Shown here: positions 24,514 through 35,910 of the stretch, one piece after another
How positions within the stretch are numbered: position 1 is the first letter of the stretch
How the letters are laid out: every line of letters starts with the position of its first letter
Assembly: GCA_010405405.1 (NCBI GenBank)
Contig: MU004241.1
Location: 248,001-312,000 of the forward strand
Reading direction: 5' to 3'
DNA length: 64,000 nt
Origin: Microthyrium microscopicum
Lineage: Eukaryota
Notes under the pieces: generated by a model
The model's database searches: none
Told to the model about the DNA's origin: nothing
What the model saw: the letters and a program-made list of their open reading frames with translations, nothing else
Position numbers and translations under genes: made by a program

Positions 24514-27500
24514 ATGTCGCTAATTGGACTTGACTCTGCTGCTGTGAACGCAGCCCACGAGACCGTTCAAGGAAAAGGCGGATTCTTCTGGCTTTCCTAT
24601 ACTACTCGCAATGAGGTCGAAGTACTATCAAAAGGAGTCGGGGGTGTGTCTGAGATGGGCGAGGCGGCCAAGGAATACTATGATGAAGAAGCTGGCAAGC
24701 CTCCGTTATTCGGCATGATAAATCATCGACGGCGCAAGATATTAGTGAAGATTGTGCTGGAAGACACATCGCGTTTGATCAAAGGTTTTACGCCTCCCTC
24801 CATATAAGATAGCAAGGCTAATATCGTTACAGCTCGATGCCAAGTCCACTGGAGTTCAGTCACGACACGCTTCCCCGACCATGATTCGACCTGCGAAATC
24901 GTATCCCCAAACGAGTTTACGGAGACGACGCTAATGGCGAATACTGATTTGCATTCGAGTCGATCGTCAAACGGATCTGGGAAGAAAGGCGCATTGGATG
25001 AGATACGGGAAGGTGCAGAAGAGCAATCCCCAGTTGCCGAAAAGCAAGCTCCTACAGCTGATGAGCTTGGATTGAACAAACCGCTTCCCGCAATTCAAAT
25101 GCCTACAGTTGTCGAGCCGGCAGAACAGACAGCTCCCACTTCGCCTCCAAAGTCGGAACCCGAAGTGGATATTCGATCATTAAATGCGCAGCAATACCCT
25201 CCTAGAAGGAGCAGTAGAGCTGATTTTAGTGAATTAGATATCCCAGACGAGGTTGCTGGTGCAGAACGTCGCATGTCATCGCAGAGTGTTCGTCCTTCTG
25301 GGCTGGATCTTTTCACGCCGTTGGACTTTAGCTTTTTGGATAAACCCAAGGTCAAGCTTGGCCCACGGCCACTTACCGACAAAAGAACCAGTACCGCAAG
25401 GACCAGCACAGATACTAGGCCAACGGCATCATTACCAGCCGGACTTCGCGCCGCTAGACCAGCATCAACTTCGAGACCATCAACTTCCAGGCCTTCATCT
25501 GCAAGACCACCATCCAGAGACTCTGTCTTGTCCGTCGCAAGTACTCAACGGTTCACCACAGCAAGGTTTCCTCCACCCCCTCCCATACCAGAATCTACAA
25601 CACTTCAAATTCCCAGACCGAGATCGAGCGCGGGTAGTGTAAAGTCGTTACCCGCGACTCTGCCAAAGAATAGTGGAATGAGTAAGGAGAAACAGCGTCT
25701 CATGAAGTTCAGAGAAATGTATAAACAGAAAGAGAAGCAAGCAAAAGGCAAACAACCGGCATCAGTCATGTCTGCGGTTTCAGAAAATGGCGCGCCTGAA
25801 GACACTACTACAACTGATCGTCCTATTGAATCTTCAGCTCAAGAATCTGAGGAGCCTGATGGCATTATAGCTGCGACAGAAACCTCAACGATTGCAGAAG
25901 AAGCAGCGCCGACGGCGGCCTCGGTCGAGCCTGTTATTGAAACTCCATATGTCAAAGAAATCTCCGTGTCATCGCCGAAAATGTCGAAAACTCCACTAGA
26001 TATCCATCAGATCACCAAGGATGAGGCATTAGCTGTTGCTGAGCAAGAAGAACACGAGCCATTGGCAGAGAAGAACGAATTGTCGGGGTCTATTGGACCA
26101 CAAGAAACCAAGAGCAACGAAGAAGAAATACCCGAAGAGATAGCTCATCAAGATCCTCTTCCAGAGGAGCCGAAAACCACAGCTTCAGTCGAAGAATCTA
26201 CTCCAACCCCAACGACTAAGGGTCCAGTCTTAGGTACAGAAACGACATCTCCAACATCAGTGATGGAGTCCGCTGGTCAAATTTCTGCCAGGCCAACGTC
26301 AGTGTCCGACTTGAGCGATCGCGTCGTTTCCACCAATAGTCTTGGGCATTCGCATAAATTATCAGCCAGTACTCAACATTCTACTATGTCAGATGAAGGT
26401 GACATTCAGATACAGTTAGATGATGATCCAACTCCACGCGCCGCAACTACTCACACTACTCCAACCGCTCTCTCCCCAAAACTTGAAGAAAGTGTAACGG
26501 AAGTTGTCGAGCGACCGCTTCGACATATTCCCATCACTGTTCCTGGAGTCGCTGGCCTAGGCCTACACACTGACGAGGCCACACTGGCTGCTCTGGAGGG
26601 TAGCCCGAATTACTCGCTCGAACCCCCTCCGCCTATCCCAGACGCACATGCTTCGTCACAGTCTTCTTCCGGTGCCGACTATGATGATGATCTCGTTGAT
26701 GAGCTACAATCTGCTGTGGTCGAGCAGGCCCAGCCAGTCTCCGTCTCAAAGTCGCCAGTGTCAGCATTCTTTCCTCGTGTGAGAAAAGAAGGCAGTGGAG
26801 ATCACCCTGGATATCGAGCATTCTCCGCCCCGCAGAAGAAGTTTGACAGCCCCGGCAGTGACATTTCTGCTACGCCAACGTTTGCTGGTGTTCGTCTGCG
26901 TTCAGTGTCCGGAAATTCGAGCACACCAACCAAGTCTTCGATTGAATCTGTGCCAGTGGCTGCCAAGCGAGTGGGAGGCGGAATTGCTGCCCGCATGGAA
27001 GCCCTCCAGCGCAGCTTTTCCCGAAATACGCCATCGCCACCTGCTCCAGTAGCTGCCAAACCTGTGTCTAGAGGAAAGAGTGTCGTTCAGCGCGCAACAG
27101 ATTTTCAGCCCACTGCAATGTCGCCAACTCCATCCGCCAGGAAGCGACTTTCAAATCTGATCTTGCCAAACAAGAGCAACGCACCTGCCAAGTCAGAAGT
27201 AACACGAGAACGGACTCCTTCTCCAGTGCGAAGCCCGACCGCAAATCTGGACGTTCAGCGCCAAAGCGTGATCACGACAAATTCTGCGCAAAGTAATGGT
27301 AGCATGGCCGTACATGGCATGGCGTCCCCCAAGTCAGAGTCTATCTCTGTTCGCACAACCATAATCCGCCCGGAACGATCCCCTGTGCCTCCACATATGA
27401 TCTCTCTTCCCACCGCCCCCGAGCTCCGCCCAAACACGTCAATGAGTCCTTCAATGATGAGCCCTCCATTTACCAGCCCAACGCACCAGCGCGCCAGATC

Positions 27501-28317
27501 CGCCGCAACTCACCCTGGTCCTTTTCATCCGAACGCTCGCTCTTCCTCTGTCACTTCTTTTCAAAGCCTCTCCACTTCGCCTCGCATGGACGGACCTGGC
27601 TCACCCCGATCAAACGACAGTGGAACCTGGAAGTCGCTAGGAAATCGTTTACGCCGCCTATCTGACTCTAAGCCAAAATCTCCCGGCATACACCTGGCAC
27701 GTAGTATGTCAAATAGTAGCCTTGATACGACGATTTCAGAGAGTTCAAAGACAGATAAGAAGGCTTCTCGCACTAGTCGCTTGCTCAAGCGGATGAGTAG
27801 CAGTATATCAAATATGACGGTGGGACAACATACGCAGCTGCAAACGCTTAGTGAGAAGGGTGGTTATCAAGCAGAGCAAAGACAAGAAGCTACTCGACCG
27901 CCGGGTATTGCGGTCGGTGATGTGAATGTGCAATTTCCAGACACTTTGGTAAGTATTTTCCTGAATTCTCAAAAGCATCGTCTAACCTCGATAGTTATGG
28001 AAACTCCGGTTCCTAGAGATTGATGATCAAGGCTTTCTGGTACTGAGACCATCATCCGGTACAGAGGTAAGTGCCTGTAAACCGTTCTCTAATACCAAGC
28101 TAACGTCTTGCAGGGCATCAACGGTGTCATTAAGCGCTTCCATCTTTCTGAATTCCAGCCTCCATTTCCGCCAGATCTAGACAGACAAGAGCTACCTCAC
28201 AGCATCGTCCTTGACTTTCGCGATGGACGCACCCTTCAGTGCGCATGCCAATCCACCATCGCTCAACGCCAGACATTGCACATGCTTTCCGAATACCACA
28301 TGGCCTGGCTGTCCTGA
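24514..28317 (+). CDS. Large conserved fungal protein: N-terminal ADF-H-like domain, long S/P/T/E-rich disordered middle, C-terminal PH-like domain (introns 24785-24832, 27949-27994, 28067-28113)
   Basis: N-term MSLIGLD...FWLSYTTRNEVEVLSKGVGGVSE...RRRKILVK...SRLIKARCQVH; C-term GDVNVQFPDTLLWKLRFLEIDDQG...PDLDRQELPHSIVLDFRDGRTLQCAC. Confidence 0.8.
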
Positions 28318-30311
28318 ATTTCTACCAAGAATACCCAAACACCTTCTCAGAATGACCGCCATGACACCTAATACCATACTACATTATCTAATACCTAATC
28401 TTCTATCAGCGCCTGCACCATTTGTTTCATCAGCCATCCGAAATCGATACCCAAAACTTTTGCCTTTTGTTCCGCATGTAGAATTAATTCTTCAACTTCC
28501 TCTCCCATTTGTCATTTTCTTTCCTACTACTACCTTCTACCTTTCCTCTTTTGCTTCCATATGTCACCTTCTCGATTTCTTGTCCTCCTTCGATTGGCTT
28601 GGATATGCTATCTGACAATCATACTTATCCTGGATGCATTTGCTTCTATTGAGCGCATTGGCCCGGCCTCAACCGTCTGGAGCCATTGTCGTGGGTGTGC
28701 TAGTTACTGCTCGGCGTTGTGGCTAGAGTATGAATGTTGTTGTTTGAGCTGGGCGTTTAAGCGTATCTAAAAAGCCAATTGCGGAAGCGATTCAAATGAA
28801 AGCTGTTCAAGTGCGAAATTGAAGAAACCTTTTCATTATACTCATTACTATCTTGATTGATTCGAAACACTTTACTGGGGTGTTGCTACTGCTAATGTCA
28901 AGTCGAGTCTCCAGAATAGCAGGACTGCAAACTTTAGCGTGCTTAACGCTCTGCAATTCACAACCAAGTACATAAATCTCCACCATGATTGAGAGAAAAT
29001 ACTTTGTCCAGAAAAAATCAATGGATAGACCATCTACAAACTGATTAGGCCCACGCTAATATGCGTGATATATTCCAGATGCTCATGAAATCGGCATACC
29101 ATTGGTAAAAGCTGTCTTGGCTGCCAGTACTGTCGATGCATGTTGACCATTCCAGGCTCGGAGGGGCCTTTTGAGATGCAAGTCTGCATGGAGATCAAAT
29201 CTAGACTTCCGGTGTCTCGATCGTAGTTCGCGAACCGGCAGTTCAGGTCCTACCCCTAGTGAGGAACCAGAATAGCCTGCGGATCCAGACACTTGGGGTG
29301 CAATATCCTACTTCAAAAGTCCATGACCAGCGGCTGCTTCCCTAGTCACCTTTGATATTCTCTATCGAGTATATGCAGCAGAAGATCCAAGAATTCTGAT
29401 CACCCTAAGATTCCATGCTAAGCAATATCGTCTCTAGCAATGCTCACCAAGAGCGCCTACAGTGTCCGTTATTGGATATTAGGGTAAAATCTACACGCTT
29501 TGCATACGCCCAGCGAAAAACGTTTACAGTGTCTGTCCACAAACAGGACATAAGGTCATCTCATTAGCTAAATTGTCACATTTCTGCCCAGGCCTTTGTA
29601 ACTTTTGGAGAAACTCGTCCATCATGTTGAAGCCAGAGAATTCGTGGGCTTTCCTGCTTTGAGCTAGTCAGGTCAAGATTCCAACCATGCATGACTGCTA
29701 GCCTCCCCACTCCCACGTTGATTGCCATTGTTGTTACTACCAGTTTTGTCCGGCCACTCTTTTTATTCTCTTTATGATTACGTACTGTAGTACCCAAACC
29801 CACGCTCCTTTGATACATCAATGAAGGGTCCAAATCTTCACACAACTAACATGCACGCTAGTCTCTTAGCTGGTGGCCGTAATGCAACGTCTGTCGTCTT
29901 CTCGACATTTTTTTATTCCTACTCGGATCATTTTGCGGAGGAGGCTTGACCTTATTGCTTTTTTGCTCCTTCAACGGCTCTGTATCACCTATCACCAATC
30001 CCGTCATCTCATGCCGCGTCCTGTCGTGTGCTTCTCTCCACAATCTAGACACAGTGTAGAGATTAGAAGCATGCGACTAGAGACAATGGGGTAAGATTAA
30101 CATGCATTTCTTGTCCTTGGCTCACGAATAAAATCCCTTGGCTGGTCGATCATCCATGATCTGCCTTGTCCACCCCATTGCTTGGTGTCAGTAGTAGTGA
30201 GATATATCCCAGGTGCACCCCAGAGAAACCACCCAGTTGGAAATCTCGAGATAAATATCCTCACTAATTTTACCACCACCTATTTTGTTTGTATAGTTTA
30301 CACTTTCAACC

Positions 30312-32337
30312 ATGGCGGATCTTGACGAGAAACACGAGCACAAGGCCAACCAAGCGGTTGTTGACGACGATTTGCGCCGTGGAAGCGTTTTCGATAATAA
30401 AGATGACCTTAAACGACGACTTGGAAATCGACAGATACAACTTATTGCGGTTGGAGGATCTATTGGTACGGCGCTGTTCGTGAGTATCAACGCGGGTTTA
30501 TACCATGGCGGCCCAGGATCTCTTTTCATTGCGTACACCCTGTACAGCATGATGTTGGGTCTAATCAACAATTGTGTTGCCGAAATGTCTACATACATGC
30601 CCGTATCAGGTGGCTTCATCAGATTGGCTGGCCGATGGGTTGACGATGCTTTTGGGTTTATGGCTGGATGGAACTTTTTCTTTTATGAAGCGCTTCTTAT
30701 ACCTTTTGAAATTACCGTAAGTCTTTGAATCATCCTAGAGAAACCATCTGGTAGGAGGCTTCTTGGAAGTGTTTCTTTGATTCCCAATTGTCACATAATA
30801 TACCGTGGCAGTTGCTAGAGTCGACTGCTCTATATCTTTATCTTTAGGAAGAATTATGTACTGATATTTGTGCTTAGGCTCTCATTCAAGTGTTGTCGTA
30901 CTGGAGAGACGATATCCCAGCTGTAAGAAACTCTATTTATCATATCTTCGCGAACTAACAACCTCAGGCCGCAGTCATTGCCGCATGCATTGTCTTATAC
31001 GCGTAAGAACTCACCACTCCCCCATATGGCACACACCGTATGCCGTACTCGCATTAAAATACCGTAAACTAAACTCTCTCCAGCCTTCTAAACATGCTCG
31101 CCGTAAAAGCCTACGGCGAAGCCGAATTCTGGCTCTCCGGCGGCAAAGTCCTCCTAATCATGATCCTCTTCTCCTTCACCTTCATAACCATGGTCGGCGG
31201 CAACCCCAAACACGACGCCTACGGATTCCGCTACTGGAACAACCCCGGCGCCTTTGCCGAATACCGCACCACCGGCGCCCTCGGCCGCTTCGAAGGTTTT
31301 CTCGCAGCCCTCTGGTCCGCGTCCTTCACCGTCGTAGGCCCCGAGTACGTCAGCATGGTGGCCGCGGAAGCGAAACGGCCGCGCACGTATATCAAGAGCG
31401 CGTTCAAGACGATGTATGTGCGTTTCGGCATATTTTTCATCGGCGGTGCGTTGTGTGTGGGCATTGTGGTGGCGCATAATGATCCGACGCTGGTGCAGAT
31501 ATTGACGGGCAAGGCGGGGGGTGCGGGGACGGCGGCGGCGAGTCCGTATGTGATTGCGATGACGAATTTGGGGATTGTGGGATTGCCGAGTTTGGTTAAT
31601 GCGTTGATGATTACGTCGATTTTCAGCGCTGGGAATACGTATACGTACTGTGCGACGAGGACGTTGTATGGGTTGGCGTTGGAGGGCCGGGCACCACGGT
31701 TTTTGAGATACTGCACCAAGGGTGGTGTGCCGATTTACTGCTTTTGTAAGGTTTCATGCTGTGTTGAGATTGTGGCTTGTGCTAACAAGGTCGTGTAGGC
31801 GTGGTGATGTGTTTCCCGCTACTGTCTTTTCTGCAGTTGAGCAGCGGCTCGAACCAAGTGCTCACATGGCTGGTCAACCTGATCACAGCCGGCGGTGTCA
31901 TCGACTACATCGTAATGTGCATTACATATATCTGCTTCTATCGAGCCTGCAAAGCACAAGGTTTTGACCGCAAACAGCTTCCATACACCGGCTGGTTCCA
32001 GCCATACTGCGCATACATCGGGCTAGGTTGGATGTTTTTCATCGTCATGACATATGGCTATTCCTCATTCAGTCCCTGGGATGTAAGCAGCTTCTTCACT
32101 TACTACACGATGGTGATTGTTGCACCAATTCTATTCGTGTTCTGGAAAGTGCTCAAGCGCACAAAGTTTGTGGGACCACATGAGGTGGATTTAATATGGG
32201 AGGCGCCAGTGATTGATGCGTATGAGAGTACGTTTGATGAGGAACCCAGAGGATTTTGGAAGGAAATGATTCAGTTGGTGGGATTGAGGAAGAAGGCTGG
32301 TGGAGATCATCGAACGGTGGTGGATGAACATTCATGA
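30312..32337 (+). CDS. Amino-acid permease (APC superfamily, YAT family, Agp2-like); introns 30717-30877, 30923-30967, 31003-31083, 31746-31798
   Basis: LKRRLGNRQIQLIAVGGSIGTALF, YGEAEFW, GFRYWNNPGAF, SPYVIAM, TSIFSAGN, LPYTGWFQPY; multiple hydrophobic segments. Confidence 0.93.
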
Positions 32338-32831
32338 TGTCTGGATATCTGATCATTTATGGCATTTTAGAGCCTCGTTGAGAAAGCATGGTATAAGGCT
32401 GAGCAGCACGGCGACGAGTGACAAAATCAATGCCACTTTCCCAACAGATGCAATGGCTACCACCGCACTCGATGGGAGATAAAAAACTCTACAACGAATC
32501 AACTCCATCTTCCCTTTCCTCGCGAACCAACTTGCCCACATCACCCACCGCGTATACCTTGCATGTTAGAATAAGATTACGATCGGATATAAAGGCCCTT
32601 GGTGACACACGAAGCAAGAAGATAGAATTGAATGATTGTGTAAGAATTGTCCTACACGATGGAGTTTCTATTTGCGCAATAGCGATGAAAGGATTATTTC
32701 CTTCGCTTCTTCAGCGGCTTGTTCTACTCACCTTCAAGAGCAAACGAAGATTGCAAATTCATCACATGCCTTATAGTGCCAGGTGCCCTCTTGGCTTGCT
32801 GTGAATCTTGGATATCTTCCTCTTTCGATAA

Positions 32832-34754
32832 CTAATCGTCTCCGTCACCCTCATCCTCAGCAACCCATTTGCCCACATCGCTCACCACATATGTCAGTAT
32901 ATACGCTTCTGCTCTGAGTACCTCTGCCTCCGTCGCCAGCACCACCTTTGAATCGTCAAACAGGAACCACTGTTTGCCCTCGCGCGAATAATTGACGTAA
33001 TGACCGCTATTCATTTCGCCCTTATGCACGATGACGGTAGCGAGATCGTAAGAGAGGAGTTTGGGCGACCAGTGCTCACGCGGTTGTGAGAGGAGAGCGG
33101 AGTAGCCTGTTGATGAGTCTGAGGTTGTGCCGTTAGTTTTGCCATTGGTGGTTGATGACGAGGTTTCGGTAAAGGTTTCGGGTGAGTGATATAGAGTGGT
33201 ATATGGCATCATGTCAAGAACCAAGGGGAATTTGACGGGTGTAGTGACTTTTGAGGATTTGTCCTTTAGATGGGAAAAGCGCTATAAGATCAGCTTAGGC
33301 TCTTGTGAAAGATGAGGATGTTTGTTACCTTAAGATGGATGCTGAGTACTGGAGGAAGTTGGAGAAGGGTGAATTGCTTCGTGGAGACTCCTTGTGTGGC
33401 GCATTTCTTGCAGGTGTAATCCACGGCTGCTAGCTTTTCTTTCGAGGTGTAGTATTTGAGACATTCTTCGAGGCGCATTGAACTCTCATTAGCAGCGCCC
33501 TTGCTGTTCTCGCCGTTTAGCTTCTTCTTAAGTTGCGACGTGCGGAGATCCAGCGAAAGGTCTAGAAACGGGTCATCTGTAGTGGTTTTGTTATTACACT
33601 TGTCACAGATTACGTCGCTTCGAAGACAGCCGTAAAATGTTTCGTGAAAGAAGCAGTGGCAATCACTGGTCAGGCTACCGTTTGTGACATGAAGGGCGTT
33701 GATCAGGAATTGCATATACTCGTGGGCATCTTGCTGTTTGTAGCCGGCGAGCTCGCTGTTTTGAGCCTAGAATTCTGTTAGAGGAGTCGAAAAAATCGAA
33801 GAAATCAAGGTACCTCTGCAGTCTTCCAGCTATTCATTAGCAAGGTCACGGCACCATAACCCTCAGTTTTCTCCAGACTGAAAAACTCGGTGAATATTTC
33901 GTCCAACGAACAGCTCAGGCAATTGTCGTGCTCACACAGTTCACCAGTCTTGTGACCATCAGTCAAAAAGAATGATTTGACCAACGGGTTGTGTAGTAGA
34001 CTCTGTATCACCGCGCTCATAAAGCAGGTGTTTCCCATATTGTATAAGCCTCGAAGACCGATGGCACGGCATGGAACGTGGGTGGAGTTTGGAGGAACGG
34101 ATCTGGAATCTTCGGAGAACTCGTCAAACTTTCGTTTTCGGCCTAGTATGGTCAGTAAAGTGAAGCAGTCAAAGAGATGTGCTGTGGAATTACCATTATC
34201 TAATCGTATAGTCTCGAATAGGGGATCGTAGACGTAGTCTTCGCAATTTGAGCAGTAGAGAGTGCCATTCCTAGAATTGACGACTTTGCAGCCTGTTAGC
34301 CAACATGGGAGGCCAATTCAAGCTAGGTTACTAACAGAAAGAATGTTTTTTTACATCCAAATGACTCTTTCGAGCCTCCTCCGAGTATATGAAAGGGCAT
34401 TGGACGCAGAGGAAGGTGGGTCGAAGGACAGTGATCGCAACATTTTTAGTGTTGAGGCAAGTTTGAAGGACGATAGGATGTTTGTCGCGGATGACTTGGA
34501 TAATCTCTTCGTAGCGCTCTCGGAGAGTTTTGAAGCTGTTCTCGCCAGCTTTGTGGAATTCTTCGATGTGATCTGTGACACCAGCGATTAGTAGGTACCT
34601 TGACCAGAGGGAGCGCGGACCTACTGCATCCAAAGGACGCGTTAATGCAGCCTCCAGTACTTGCAGGAAGGGTGGATTTGTTCCTCACAAGCTTGGGAGA
34701 GGCGAGCGGAGCAGATGTGAGGGACTTTGGGGTGGCAGTAGCAACGTCTGCCAT
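32832..34754 (-). CDS. UBP8: SAGA deubiquitinase Ubp8 (ZnF-UBP plus USP domain), multi-exon
   Basis: N-terminal CVQC...H...H...LYCSNCEDYVYDP; Cys box GLRGLYNMGNTCFMSAVIQ; QQDAHE; His box VHKGEMNSGHY...WFLFDD. Confidence 0.9.
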
Positions 34755-35324
34755 GATGTGGTTTGCGGAGGTCGGATGCGGGATTACGGCAACATGATCT
34801 TGGGAAAAAAGTTGGTGAAGGTGCTATGGACCGCGAAGATATGTGTGGTATATAAAGCTACTGGTGCGGTGGCGAAGAGGGTGAGGTGAATAGAGGATGA
34901 ATATGCGGTTGGTGTACCATCAATGAGATCAAGTGAGGATTGGAGGCAGCTGGATGCGGAAGTAGCGACTTGAAATCTGGGGTTGGTGGTGGTAGCTTCC
35001 GCTTTGGTGTTGAGCTCTCATCCATCCCTCTACGGTTTTGGCCACCATTGGCACCATCTATGGTACAGTATAAACTTAGTTTCTGCATTATCTACTAACA
35101 AAAAATATAGAGCCTAAGAATATATCTAGTCTCTTGGTAAGACTATTTCTAAGTTCCTTTACAAATTATCTGACACGGGTGTGGCTGAGTGACGCTGCCT
35201 TTTGGGACTGATTTTATGCGCTATTACTGGGGACAAAGTGCCCGCATCCACTTCCTAACTCGGGTTATCGATACAGCCACGTTGACTCAGCAAAATCTTA
35301 CTCGGCTCAACCCTGCCTCAATTA

Positions 35325-35496
35325 TGCTCAGCCTCAACTACGCTTGCTCAGGCTTCAAATGTTGCTCAAGATAAATCATGGTGCCTCAGGCTGCTCATGA
35401 TTGGAATCGCCGTGCCTTTTCAAGCATGCGAAACATGACTACATAGGAAAAGCAAATGAGTCTGTTGAGGCCGTCGCTAAATTTTTGGCTTGAGCA
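35325..35496. repeat. Cluster of TGCTCA motifs
   Basis: TGCTCA at 35325, 35345, 35363, 35392 and reverse (TGAGCA) at 35491, plus several GCCTCA/GGCTCA variants. Confidence 0.6.
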
Positions 35497-35505
35497 TAGT
35501 CTAAG

Positions 35506-35520
35506 AAAAAAAATAAAAAA
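35506..35520 (-). terminator. Pol III oligo-T terminator of the tRNA-like gene
   Basis: TTTTTTATTTTTTTT on the minus strand about 10 nt past the discriminator base. Confidence 0.7.
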
Positions 35521-35529
35521 TCATCGTGC

Positions 35530-35723
35530 CGACGCCTGCAGGATTCGAACCTGCGCTCTGCACACTGTTAGATTGACTACTTGTTGCCTTCACAATAATA
35601 CGTACCCCTAAGGAAATGCCTTACAACAATCACAATGTAGCAGGGCATCGCTGACCGAATTGTTAGGACTGTTTAGATTACAATTTGGGTTGCTCTCACC
35701 GTTAACCACTCCGCCAAAGCGCC
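35530..35723 (-). pseudogene. tRNA-Ser-derived gene with degenerate anticodon/variable arms and a ~105-nt internal insert
   Basis: 5' GGCGCTTTGGCGGAGTGGTTAACG (A box); 3' GCGCAGGTTCGAATCCTGCAGGCGTCG (T arm, B box, 7-bp acceptor stem, G73); no CT-NNN-A anticodon loop. Confidence 0.8.
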
Positions 35724-35910
35724 GATTAGTGTTATTGTTATTGAGTTTTCAAAGACTATATAATCAAAGTAATATTATTAGATGCGATATGCCATTCTTT
35801 CCTTTGGTCATCATGTCTAACCCCGCCACTGACATGTCCAGTTTGGCTGTTGTTGTTCTCATATCAAACATCTTCAACCATCGTACAACATAGGTAATCC
35901 ACCAGCGAAA

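Noticed and set aside
35530..35723. Functional tRNA or tRNA-Sec call
   Set aside because: No valid anticodon loop, unpaired variable arm, and a normal 7-bp acceptor stem.
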